NCBI GenBank assembly: GCA_016776635.1
Contig: JADHSZ010000005.1
Span: forward strand, 5,857 to 69,856
Direction of reading: 5' to 3'
Length of the DNA: 64,000 nucleotides
Source of the DNA: Alphaproteobacteria bacterium
GTDB lineage: Bacteria > Pseudomonadota > Alphaproteobacteria > UBA11136
Shown: positions 48,828 to 58,162 of the stretch, in pieces
Position numbering within the stretch: position 1 is the stretch's first letter
Layout: the number at the start of each line of letters is the position of its first letter
Made by a program: the position numbers and the translations under genes
Notes under the pieces: model-generated
Database searches by the model: none
What the model was told of the DNA's origin: nothing
Seen by the model: only the letters and a program-made list of their open reading frames with translations

Positions 48828-50834
48828 CTAGAGATAGGGCGTGATGTCCACCTCGTCGAGCTGGGAGGGGTGGAGGAACTGTTCGGCATAGACCTTGTAG
48901 ACGCCGCTTTTCAGGAACAGGCGGAAGAGCTCGGGATCGATGTGCTGGTCCTTGTCCATGAAACCCATGATCTTGATCGCCTCGCTCAGCGTCTTGGCCT
49001 TTTTGTAGGGGCGGTCGCGGGCGGTCAGCGCCTCGAAGATATCGGCGATGGCCATCATACGCGCCGGAAGCGACATGTCTTCACGGCCGAGCTTCTTAGG
49101 ATAGCCCGTGCCCACCATGGTCTCGTGATGGGCGCCGGCGTATTCGGGCACCCGTTTCATATGCCTGGGAAACGGCAGCCGGTTGAGCATGCGGATGGTC
49201 TGGACGATGTGATCGTTGATCTTGTAGCGGTCCTCGTCGGTGAGCGTGCCCCGGGAAATGCATAAATTGTAGATCTCGCCGAGATTGAACTTCTGAGCGG
49301 GCACCTCCATGCGGAAACCTTCATCCTCGGAAGCCGGGACATCGTCCCCGCCCCAGGGGATGATGTGATCGGAGCGGTCGGCGAGGAGAGTTTCGGCCAC
49401 AGGTAACGCCTCGTGGGGAATGTCCGCAAGACGCCGTTCTTCCTCCTGGGAAAGGCCGAGACGGTTATCGAGGGTGCGCGTCCAGCCACGGGCTCCGACC
49501 TCCTTGATGCGCGCCACCTTGTCCTCGTCGAGAAACTCCCCGCCCACATTGCATTCGGCGATGAAAGCGTAATCCTCATCGAGGGCGGCGATTTCCTTCT
49601 TGAGCTGAGATTCGAGCTTTTTCTTATCTTCTTTTCCCGCGAGCTGGGCCTTGAGACAGGCAATTTCCGCATCCCGTTTGAGAACCTCGAAACGGGTGCG
49701 GATTTCATGCATGCGGTTATAGATGGTTTCCAGCTTGGTGGCCTTGTCCACCACGTATTCGGGCGTGGTTACCTTGCCGCAGTCATGGAGCCAGGCCGCG
49801 ATATGCAGCTCGTAGAGTTCCTCTTCGTTGGGGTCGAAATCCTTGAACGAGGCTTCGTCGGAATCCCGCGCGGCTTCGGCCATCATCAGCGTCAGCTCCG
49901 GCACGCGCTGGCAGTGGCCGCCGGTATAAGGCGACTTGGCGTCAATGGCCGCCGCCATGAGCTCGATGAAGGATTCGAGAAGTTTTTTCTGGGCCTCGAT
50001 CAGCTGTTGGTTATCTAGAGCCACGGCGGCCTGGGAAGTAAGAGCCTGGATCAGGGGCTCCACCTCGTCGTCGAAGGCGATGGTGACGCCCTCGGCATCC
50101 TTGGCGTTAATCAGCTGAAGGACACCGATGACCTCGCCGCTGTAGTTCTTTAAGGGAACCGTGAGGAAGGATTTGGACCGGTAGCCGGTGCCTTCGTCGA
50201 ATTTCCGCGTGCCCGAAAAGTCGAATTCTTTTTCCTCATAGGCGTCGATGATATTACTGATCTCCCCGGTCAGCGCCACATGGGTCGCCACATTGGCGTG
50301 GTTGGGCTCGCCGCTTTCCTCGTCATAGAGAGCCAGCGGCGGAAAGGAAATTTTCTTCTCCGAGGTGCCGCCCATGGCGATGTTGAGGGAATCGTTGCGG
50401 ATGATGGCGAATTCCAGCCGGTCGCCCATGATGCGCCTGTGTTCCAGGTCGCGGCGGTCGTCGCCGCCACGCCTGTCATCGGGCACGCGCCTCTCCTCGG
50501 CCTGGCGCCTGTTTTCCTCGCTGCGTCTTTCCTCTTCCACGCGGCGGACGCTCTCGAGGCGGCGTTCATCGCCGATGCGCCGGCTGGCGTCCATTCTGCG
50601 GAGTTTGTGGCGCCGGGTGTCGTCAGTGTCACCCGCTTCCTCATGCCGGCGTTCCTCCTTTTGCCGCAGATACAAGGTTCCGCCGTCGGCATTGGCCAGA
50701 TCCTTGGCCTCGAGCAGGATTTTCTCCATCAGACGGTCGAAATTGGTCTCCGCCGAAAGGGCGATGCCGATCTCGATCAGCCGGGCGGCACGGTTTTGCC
50801 CCCCCTTGCCGGAAGTGAACTGTTTCTTGGGCAT
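48828..50834 (-). CDS. GAF + HD-GYP phosphodiesterase with inserted Arg-Arg repeat array
   Basis: GGTLYL...SFLTVPL...GVLQLIN (GAF); IDAKSPYTGGHC.RV, WLHDCGK, HHE..GTGYP, ADIFEALTA.DRPYK. Confidence 0.92.
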   Translation of the reverse strand: MPKKQFTSGKGGQNRAARLIEIGIALSAETNFDRLMEKILLEAKDLANADGGTLYLRQKEERRHEEAGDTDDTRRHKLRRMDASRRIGDERRLESVRRVEEERRSEENRRQAEERRVPDDRRGGDDRRDLEHRRIMGDRLEFAIIRNDSLNIAMGGTSEKKISFPPLALYDEESGEPNHANVATHVALTGEISNIIDAYEEKEFDFSGTRKFDEGTGYRSKSFLTVPLKNYSGEVIGVLQLINAKDAEGVTIAFDDEVEPLIQALTSQAAVALDNQQLIEAQKKLLESFIELMAAAIDAKSPYTGGHCQRVPELTLMMAEAARDSDEASFKDFDPNEEELYELHIAAWLHDCGKVTTPEYVVDKATKLETIYNRMHEIRTRFEVLKRDAEIACLKAQLAGKEDKKKLESQLKKEIAALDEDYAFIAECNVGGEFLDEDKVARIKEVGARGWTRTLDNRLGLSQEEERRLADIPHEALPVAETLLADRSDHIIPWGGDDVPASEDEGFRMEVPAQKFNLGEIYNLCISRGTLTDEDRYKINDHIVQTIRMLNRLPFPRHMKRVPEYAGAHHETMVGTGYPKKLGREDMSLPARMMAIADIFEALTARDRPYKKAKTLSEAIKIMGFMDKDQHIDPELFRLFLKSGVYKVYAEQFLHPSQLDEVDITPYL

Positions 50835-51007
50835 GACTCCTCCCCAGGTGTCCCGCCATGAGCGCCGAATAAAGCGCTACGAGGCCTTTAGATTGGTTCT
50901 ATGGTTAAAAAGACTATAACGATTTTTCCCGCCACGGGAAGTACGGGCTGGAATTACCGCCACCGTGGGGTACCGGAGGAAACCGAGGGAGCGGAAGAAA
51001 TCCCAAA

Positions 51008-51043
51008 ATTTTCTACAGAGTTTTCTAGAGGATTTTCTAGAGT
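51008..51043. repeat. 12-bp degenerate tandem repeat x3 reiterating the YtoQ-family gene stop
   Basis: ATTTTCTACAGA / GTTTTCTAGAGG / ATTTTCTAGAGT. Confidence 0.7.
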
Positions 51044-51495
51044 TTCCCGGTCATGGCGTAGGTCAGTACCTGGACCACCTGTTCGGGGGTCTCGGCCACC
51101 GCAAGGGCCGCGCCGTCCACCTCCTTCAGGGCATGGTTGAGGTTTGGGTCATGCAGGGTAATCATGGGCTTGCCCAGGGCGGCGGCCATGCCCGCGTCGA
51201 AGGCGGCGTTCCATTGTTTGTATTTATCCCCGAAGCGCACCACCACCATATCGGCGCGCCGGATCAGGGTCTGGGTGCGGATGGCGTTGACCCCGGCTCC
51301 CTTGCGGTCCTTCCAGAAATCGTTCTCTTCCGCGCCGAGGATGGCGACACCGCAATTATCGCTGTCATCGTGATTGGTTACCGGGGAGACAAAATCGGCG
51401 TCAAGGCCCGCGGCCCGTGCGCCTTCGATGATGCGCTCGCGCCAATCGCTGTGAATCTCGCCGGAGAGATAAACCGTCCATTCCTGCTGTGACAT
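51037..51495 (-). CDS. YtoQ family protein
   Basis: VYLSGEIHSDWR, NAIRT, FGDKYKQWNAAFDAG, H.LKEVD. Confidence 0.9.
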   Translation of the reverse strand: MSQQEWTVYLSGEIHSDWRERIIEGARAAGLDADFVSPVTNHDDSDNCGVAILGAEENDFWKDRKGAGVNAIRTQTLIRRADMVVVRFGDKYKQWNAAFDAGMAAALGKPMITLHDPNLNHALKEVDGAALAVAETPEQVVQVLTYAMTGKL

Positions 51496-51647
51496 GGGTG
51501 CCGTTCCCGTTCCTGAATAATTTCATCCCCGGTTTAGAGGATGTGGCGGTGGCGATCAAATCTTAATCTTTTCACAACAGGTTTTATGTTTGATTTACGG
51601 GGCATAACCGTGATGGACCCGTGGCCCGGGATGGCGATAGAATGACT

Positions 51648-51697
51648 CCCAGGATGCCGATCCCTAAGATGCCGATCCCCAAGATACCGATCCTGGG
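51648..51697. repeat. 15-bp tandem repeat x3 (CCyArGATrCCGATC) bracketed by CCCAGGAT/ATCCTGGG
   Basis: Units at 51648, 51663 and 51678. Confidence 0.8.
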
Positions 51698-51745
51698 AAA
51701 ATTGGTCCTGAGATGCCGGCTAATCTGTAGCAGCGAGGCGAAGAC

Positions 51746-52111
51746 ATGGCGGAAGAAAAAGAAGACTATCAGTCTCTCATTCAGATAAAACATTTCTTCG
51801 ATGAGTTGGAACAGGGAATCCAGCTCGCCAACCGTGAAATCATCCACAACCGGATCGACACACTGACCAAGGAGAAAATTCTCGGTTTCGCCGTGATCGT
51901 CGGCCGCCTGCGCGGACGCTACCTGGAAGCCGCCTTCAATCTCAGCGCCTCGGAAGACGGCGACCCGCCCGACATGTCGAAAATCGAGGAGCTGCAAGGC
52001 AAGCGGCTGATGTTCGAGGAAGCCAAGCAAGCCTTCGCGGATATTCGCTACGCCATCGAGAAAGGCTATATCGACGTGGACTGGGGGCCCGGGAACAACA
52101 AGGCCGACTAG
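51746..52111 (+). CDS. Hypothetical helical protein
   Basis: GAGG RBS; strong coding bias; no family recognised. Confidence 0.7.
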   Translation: MAEEKEDYQSLIQIKHFFDELEQGIQLANREIIHNRIDTLTKEKILGFAVIVGRLRGRYLEAAFNLSASEDGDPPDMSKIEELQGKRLMFEEAKQAFADIRYAIEKGYIDVDWGPGNNKAD

Positions 52112-52123
52112 AACGGTTCAGGG

Positions 52124-53143
52124 CTAACCCTCCATCTCCACCACCACGCGCCCGCGCACCTGACCTTCGAGAATTCGGCGGCCCAGTTCCGGCACCTCTT
52201 CGAGCCGGGCGCTCTGAATCATATTTTCCAGCTTTTCCAACGGCAAGTCCGCGGCCAGACGCGTCCAGGCCCGCCTGCGGCGCTCCATGGCAAGCTGGAC
52301 GCTGTCGATCCCCAAAAGATTGACCCCGCGCAGGAGAAACGGAATGACGGTGGTGGCGAGTTCGCGCCCGCCCACCAGGCCGGTGGCGGCAACGCTGGCG
52401 CCGTGTTTGAGGCTCGCCAGGATGGTCGCCAGCGTGGTTCCGCCCACCGCATCCACGGCCGCCGCCCAGCGTTCGGGAAGAAGGGTTTTTTGCGGCGGCG
52501 TGGAAAGCTCGGTCCGGTCCATAATATGGGCCGCGCCCAGCGTCTTCAGATAGTCATGGGTATCGGCGCGGCCGGTGGAGGCCGTTACCTCGTAGCCCAG
52601 AGCGGCGAGAACGGCCACGGCGATACTGCCGACGCCGCCGGCCGCCCCGGTTACCAGCACCTCGCACTCTCCTTCACCCTTGCCGGGGGCAAGGCCGTGT
52701 TCTTCCAGAACGATCACCGCCTCCATGGCGGTGAGGCCCGCGGTGCCGATGGCCATGGCCTGGCGCGGGGTCAGTGAAGTTGGCAGGGCCACCAGCCAGT
52801 CGGCACGCAGCCGCGCAAAACCGGCAAACCCGCCCCAGGCCCTCTCGCCGATGCCGTATCCCCCGGCGATCACCTTGTCGCCCGGCTTCCACAGGGGAGA
52901 CTCCGATTGCGTCACCTCACCGGCAAGGTCAACACCGGGAATATGGGGATAACGGCGCACCACCTTGCCCAGCCCGGCCATGGCCAGGCCATCCTTATAA
53001 TTGAGGGTGGAACAGGCGATGCGCACCGTGACGTCGGCTCCCTCCGGCGCCGCGGCCATGAGTTCGGCCTCGCTGACCTCGCCGATACGGGAGGTTACCT
53101 CCTCACCTTCCCGCTCCAGGATGAGGGCGCGGAAAGGGTTCAC
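52124..53143 (-). CDS. MDR-family oxidoreductase (YhdH/AcuI-like)
   Basis: STLNYKDGLA, PGVDLAG, IGTAGLTA, VTGAAGGVGS, PFLLRGVNLLGIDSV. Confidence 0.92.
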   Translation of the reverse strand: MNPFRALILEREGEEVTSRIGEVSEAELMAAAPEGADVTVRIACSTLNYKDGLAMAGLGKVVRRYPHIPGVDLAGEVTQSESPLWKPGDKVIAGGYGIGERAWGGFAGFARLRADWLVALPTSLTPRQAMAIGTAGLTAMEAVIVLEEHGLAPGKGEGECEVLVTGAAGGVGSIAVAVLAALGYEVTASTGRADTHDYLKTLGAAHIMDRTELSTPPQKTLLPERWAAAVDAVGGTTLATILASLKHGASVAATGLVGGRELATTVIPFLLRGVNLLGIDSVQLAMERRRRAWTRLAADLPLEKLENMIQSARLEEVPELGRRILEGQVRGRVVVEMEG

Positions 53144-54474
53144 GGATTCTCCCGAAAGCGCACGGGCTCGCCACGGGGATCGCCCTGGATCTCGTCCTCG
53201 CGCATGACCACATGGCCACGGATAATGGTGGCCGACGGCCAGCCCTTCACGGCCATGCCGTCGAAGGGCGTCCAGCCCGCCTTGCTGGCGATCCAGTCGT
53301 TGCCGATGGTGCGTTCCGCCTTCAGGTCCACAAGGGTGAAATCGGCATCGAAACCCGGCGCAATGCTGCCCTTTCCGTCAATGCCGTAGAGTCGCGCCGC
53401 ACCGGCGCTGGTGAGGTCTATGAGGCGCTCCAGCGACAGCCGTCCGGCGTTCATATGGTCGAGCAGCAGCGGCAACAGGGTCTGGACCCCGGTCATGCCC
53501 GCGGGCGACTCGGGATAGGGCCGGGCTTTTTCCTCCAGCGTATGGGGTGCGTGATCGGACCCCACCACGTCCACCAGGCCGTCGGCCACGGCCTGCCACA
53601 AAGCCTCGCGGTGACGGGCCTCGCGGATCGGCGGATTCATCTGGGCAAGGGTGCCAAGCCGGTCATAACAGTCGGGCGCGGCCAGGGTCAGATGCTGGGG
53701 CGTTACCTCGACGGTGGCAATGTCCCGGTGTTTCGCCAGCACCTCCATTTCCTCGGCCGTGGTTACATGGAGCACATGTACCTGCCGTCCCGTCTCGGTG
53801 GCCAGGGCCAGCAACCGCCGGGTGGAGAGCAGCGCCGTCTCCACGTCGCGCCATTCGGGGTGGAGATGAACGGTGGCGCCGTCGACCTCCACCAGGGGAC
53901 GGCGTTCACGCAGGCGGGATTCATCCTCGCTGTGGATGGCGACACGGCGCGAGCCGTTTTCCAGCACCGCGCGCAGCACCTTGTCATCATCCACCAGAAG
54001 ACTACCGGTGGAAGAACCCATGAACACCTTGACCCCGGCGCATCCGGGAAGCCGTTCCAGCCGCGCCAGATCGCCCGCATTTGTTTCCGCCGCGCCCATG
54101 AAAAAGGCGTGATCGCACCAGGCCCGGCCACGAGCCCGCGCCAGCTTGTCGGCAAGGTCTTCCGCGGTAAGGGTGGAGGGGTTGGTGTTGGGCATCTCGA
54201 AGATGCTGGTGACGCCGCCCAGAACTGCCCCGGCGGTTCCGCTCGCCAGGTCTTCCTTATGCTCGAGCCCGGGTTCGCGGAAATGCACCTGGGTGTCGAT
54301 GACACCGGATAACACATGCAGGCCGGTGGCGTCGAAGCGCGCGGGCGCCTCGGCGGTGGAAAAGTCGCCCAGCGCCGACACCTTGCCCCCGGCCACGCCG
54401 ATATCGGCGTCCACAATGCCGCCCTGGGCGGCCACCCGGCCGCCGTGAATGATTAAGTCGTAACGTTCGGTCAT
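53140..54474 (-). CDS. pyrC: Dihydroorotase
   Basis: IDTQVHFREPG, EMPNT.P, KVFMGSSTG, QMNPPIR, GSDHAPH, GWTPFDG. Confidence 0.92.
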   Translation of the reverse strand: MTERYDLIIHGGRVAAQGGIVDADIGVAGGKVSALGDFSTAEAPARFDATGLHVLSGVIDTQVHFREPGLEHKEDLASGTAGAVLGGVTSIFEMPNTNPSTLTAEDLADKLARARGRAWCDHAFFMGAAETNAGDLARLERLPGCAGVKVFMGSSTGSLLVDDDKVLRAVLENGSRRVAIHSEDESRLRERRPLVEVDGATVHLHPEWRDVETALLSTRRLLALATETGRQVHVLHVTTAEEMEVLAKHRDIATVEVTPQHLTLAAPDCYDRLGTLAQMNPPIREARHREALWQAVADGLVDVVGSDHAPHTLEEKARPYPESPAGMTGVQTLLPLLLDHMNAGRLSLERLIDLTSAGAARLYGIDGKGSIAPGFDADFTLVDLKAERTIGNDWIASKAGWTPFDGMAVKGWPSATIIRGHVVMREDEIQGDPRGEPVRFRENP

Positions 54475-54560
54475 ATCCCTCTACGCACCATGCCGGGACA
54501 CAGGCCAAAAGAAAAGGCCCAGTTGGCCCTTGGTCTGAGTTTCGGTATAAGCTGCCCCCC

Positions 54561-55061
54561 ATGAGACACGCAATCCTTAGCATTGTGATGGCGGCGAGTC
54601 TTTTGTCGGCCTGTGCCTGGATGGGGCCGGATGTCCGCGTGGACCCGGCACAGAGCCACATGGAAGCCAGGGCCATGCTGGGTATCGACATGTATGGCCG
54701 CGGCGAATTCCTGGAAGCTCTGGACGCCATCCGTCCCTGGGCCGAACAGGGCCATTCCTCGGGTATGGTGCTGATCGCCGGCATGTATTACCAGGGCCGC
54801 GGCGTGGCCAAGAACAATATCAATGCCTATATGTGGGCCGAGTTGGGCGTTATCTACGCCAAGGACGACGAGGAATACGGCAAGGCCATCAAGTTCCGTA
54901 ACGAGATTGCCTCAAGCATGACGGCGCAAGCAATCAACCAGGCCCGCCGCCGCACCAAGGACTGGCAGCCGGGCATGCCCCTGCCTCCCGAGGAGGAGAC
55001 GGATGGTGTTCCGGGCGGAAAAACTGGAAACGGGGAAATGCCCGTGGGAGAGGAAATATGA
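54561..55061 (+). CDS. Sel1-repeat lipoprotein
   Basis: Lipobox LLSAC; AEQGH......GMYYQGRGV.KN...AYMW Sel1 consensus. Confidence 0.8.
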   Translation: MRHAILSIVMAASLLSACAWMGPDVRVDPAQSHMEARAMLGIDMYGRGEFLEALDAIRPWAEQGHSSGMVLIAGMYYQGRGVAKNNINAYMWAELGVIYAKDDEEYGKAIKFRNEIASSMTAQAINQARRRTKDWQPGMPLPPEEETDGVPGGKTGNGEMPVGEEI

Positions 55062-55354
55062 ATCGCGGCATGATCCTCATCGGAGTGCTGTTGGTGGTGT
55101 TCATGATCACCATGATCTATCAGCAACGACAAGGGGTGGAGCGGCCATGGACCCAATGTAAGGAAAGCATGGTGACGCAGATGCTCACCGGCGAATGCAC
55201 GCCCTCCCAGTTCTCCGGCTCCCCCATGCACGGGCCATTGGGGGACATGCCGCAGGGTGAAACGCCGCAGGTGGAAACTCCCGGAAGCGAAATCCCCCGG
55301 GAGGAAATACCCCAAACCGGTGGCTATGAAGGCGGTCAACTGGAGGATATGTAA
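55058..55354 (+). CDS. Small membrane-anchored hypothetical protein
   Basis: ATGA overlap with the upstream gene, GAGGA RBS, N-terminal TM, two Cys, Pro/Glu-rich tail. Confidence 0.65.
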   Translation: MNRGMILIGVLLVVFMITMIYQQRQGVERPWTQCKESMVTQMLTGECTPSQFSGSPMHGPLGDMPQGETPQVETPGSEIPREEIPQTGGYEGGQLEDM

Positions 55355-55361
55355 AGAGCCG

Positions 55362-57131
55362 TCAGCCCTTCGCGCCCAAGCTCTCGAAAACGCCGCCCTG
55401 AGGAGGCAGCCCCTGGATGTGGGCGCGGTGCCACAGGGCATAGAAGAGCAGCGTCCACGCCGCATGACCTGCACGCTTGCGCCCGGCCCTGGCAAAGAGC
55501 GCCGTCACCGCACTTTTGTCACAGAGCGCCGCCACGCCCTGTTGTTGCGCCACCAGAGGCCCCAGCCGCGCGCCCTCACGCGCAATCCATTCGCCCACCG
55601 GTACCGTGAAGCCGCGCTTGCGCGCGAAAGGCTTGGCCTCGGGCAGATGTTGGTCGAGCCAGCGCCGTAAAATCCATTTTCCCAGACCTTTACGTATTTT
55701 CAGGGAATCAGGCAGCCGGAATACGGCATGAGCCACTTCGCGGTCGAGGAAAGGCGTGCGGCCCTCCACCCCGTGATGCATGAGACAGCGGTCGAGCTTA
55801 GCGAGCAGGTCGTTGGGAAGCCAATCGGCGCAGTCGGTGGCCTGGGCGGTCTGTAGTTTCGAGCGCGACCCGTCCTGGGCGTGAATTTCCGCCGCGGCGA
55901 TGCCGTCGCGCCAGCCGCCGGGTTCCCGATTGAAAACGCCCAGCCCATCGAAAATACCACGCGCCCGCATGACCCGCCCGCCAAGCCAGAAGGGACGTAA
56001 GACGCTACGGTATCTGCCGTAACCGGCCAACAGTTCGTCCCCGCCTTCACCGCTGAGCACCACCTTGAGTCCTTCCCCGGCGGCGCTATGGGCTAGTTTA
56101 TAGGTGGGCAGAACGGCGTAATCGGCCGCCGGATCATCCATCGCCGAGGCCAGACGCGGCAGCAGGCCCCAGAAATCGTCCTCGCTGAATTCCACTTCCA
56201 CATGCTCGGCCCCGGTGAGTTTCGCCAGGTGGCGCGCGTGATCGCGTTCGTCCGCGGCGGCGCTTCCGGGAAAGCCCACCGTGAAGGCCCGCACCGGCGT
56301 CTCGTTGACCCGCGCCATCATGGCCAGCAAAGCAGAAGAATCGATGCCGCCGGAGAGAAACATGCCGTAAGGCACGTCGGCGCGCTGGTGGAGGCGCACG
56401 CTGTCTTCCAGCGCGGTATCCAGCCTTTCCAGCGCGGGGCCTTCCTCTATTTCCTCCGGCGGGCCTTCGGGAAGCGCGCTCTGACGCCGGCGCGCCACGA
56501 TACGTCCGCCCTCAACCACCAGTGTTTCTCCGGGGAGAACCCGCATTACCCCCGCCAACGGCGTCTCGCGACCGGTGGAGAACTGGAGCTGTAACAGCTC
56601 GTCGCGGGCAGCGGCGTGTTCGGCCGCGCTCACCAGACCCGCGGCAATCAGCGCCTGGGGCTCCGAGGCAAAAGCCAGCCCCTTCCCTGTCTCCGCGTAA
56701 TAAAGCGGTTTGATGCCGAAGGGGTCGCGGCTCAGTACCAACCGTCCGCGCGCCGGATCGTGCAGGGCGATAGCGTACATGCCGCGCAGATGATCCGCAT
56801 AATCGAGCTCATGGCGCCGATAGAGGGGCAACGGCGTCTCGCAGTCGGAGCCGGTGGCGAAGGCCACGCCACTCAGAGAGTCGCGTAGTTCCACATAGTT
56901 ATAGATTTCGCCATTGGCCACCAGCGCCAGACCGCCATCGCCGTACAGGGGCTGGTCACCGGATTCGAGATCGATAATGGCGAGGCGGGTATGAACCATG
57001 CCCAGATTACCCGCCACATGCCGCCCGCCGCCGTCGGGGCCGCGATGGGCCAGCGCCGCGGCCATGGCATCGAGAATGGCGGGCTCGGCGGAGGCACCGT
57101 CCGGAGTCATGAGACCGGCGATACCGCACAT
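55362..57131 (-). CDS. asnB: Asparagine synthase (glutamine-hydrolysing) family amidotransferase
   Basis: [50 protein letters not shown]. Confidence 0.93.
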   Translation of the reverse strand: MCGIAGLMTPDGASAEPAILDAMAAALAHRGPDGGGRHVAGNLGMVHTRLAIIDLESGDQPLYGDGGLALVANGEIYNYVELRDSLSGVAFATGSDCETPLPLYRRHELDYADHLRGMYAIALHDPARGRLVLSRDPFGIKPLYYAETGKGLAFASEPQALIAAGLVSAAEHAAARDELLQLQFSTGRETPLAGVMRVLPGETLVVEGGRIVARRRQSALPEGPPEEIEEGPALERLDTALEDSVRLHQRADVPYGMFLSGGIDSSALLAMMARVNETPVRAFTVGFPGSAAADERDHARHLAKLTGAEHVEVEFSEDDFWGLLPRLASAMDDPAADYAVLPTYKLAHSAAGEGLKVVLSGEGGDELLAGYGRYRSVLRPFWLGGRVMRARGIFDGLGVFNREPGGWRDGIAAAEIHAQDGSRSKLQTAQATDCADWLPNDLLAKLDRCLMHHGVEGRTPFLDREVAHAVFRLPDSLKIRKGLGKWILRRWLDQHLPEAKPFARKRGFTVPVGEWIAREGARLGPLVAQQQGVAALCDKSAVTALFARAGRKRAGHAAWTLLFYALWHRAHIQGLPPQGGVFESLGAKG

Positions 57132-58162
57132 TAGAGAGCGACCTTCTTGAAGAATCTCATATAGCGGCCCACCACCACGGATTCGGTAAAATCCTTTTCG
57201 TAGCGCTTGCGCCCGCCCGTAACGAGGTTGCGGATCAGTCCCGGGTTCATACGCAGCCGCTTGATGGCCTCGGCCAAGGCGCGCGGATCATCCACCGGCA
57301 CCAGAAGGCCGCTGCGGTCGTGGCGGATCAGAGCCCCCGGCCCCTCGCTCTGGGTGGCGATCACCGGCACATCGTGGGCCCAGCCTTCGATCACCACATT
57401 GCCCAGAGGCTCGTGGCGCGAGGGACAGATAAGCATGTCCGCCGCCCCGAACAGGGGCGTGGGATCCTCGCACCAGCCCAGGAAACGAACACGGGGCCGC
57501 ACCCCCACCTGTACTGTCAGTTCCTCGAGTTCGGCCCGCAGCGGACCCTCGCCCGCGAGCCAGAGATAGGCATGGGGCAGATCGGCCATGGCCCGGACCA
57601 GCACGTCATAGCCCTTGTTTTCGTGGAGCCGCCCCAGGGCCAGGATCAGCGGCGCTTCCTCCGGCGTGGTGTGGATGGCGCGGGGCAGAGGCTCGGCATC
57701 GCTTGAGGTGACGAAATTGGGCAGATAATGGGCGCGGTCCTCCGGCCAGCCGGAGTCCACTATATAGCGGACGATATCCTTGGTGTTGCCGATGAGGTGG
57801 TCGCAGGCCTGATAGTTCTTCATTTTGTAATAACCGCCGAGCCGCCCCACATGAACGAACGTCCCCTTTGTGGGCGGGCAGAAGCGGGTGGCCCGGTTCA
57901 TCCAGGTCAGCACCACCTGGGGCTTGAGAAGCCCGACGTTGAAGTTGAAACCGAAGCGGGTGCGAATATCCATCATGCCGCCGAAAGGAAGCTCCACCGG
58001 CTCTATCCCCCGTGCGCGAAGAAGCTCGGCGCGAGCGGGATTGCGGCGGATCAGCACCTCCTGCTCCAGCCCGGCATCGTGCAATGCCGGAATCAGGCGC
58101 TCGAAGAACGCCTCAGCGCCGCCATGTTCGGCCCCGGCCATCGCCTGCAATATTCTGGTCAT
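57131..58162 (-). CDS. GT4 glycosyltransferase
   Basis: GGAE, LGRLHENKG, PSRHEPLGNVVIE. Confidence 0.92.
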   Translation of the reverse strand: MTRILQAMAGAEHGGAEAFFERLIPALHDAGLEQEVLIRRNPARAELLRARGIEPVELPFGGMMDIRTRFGFNFNVGLLKPQVVLTWMNRATRFCPPTKGTFVHVGRLGGYYKMKNYQACDHLIGNTKDIVRYIVDSGWPEDRAHYLPNFVTSSDAEPLPRAIHTTPEEAPLILALGRLHENKGYDVLVRAMADLPHAYLWLAGEGPLRAELEELTVQVGVRPRVRFLGWCEDPTPLFGAADMLICPSRHEPLGNVVIEGWAHDVPVIATQSEGPGALIRHDRSGLLVPVDDPRALAEAIKRLRMNPGLIRNLVTGGRKRYEKDFTESVVVGRYMRFFKKVAL

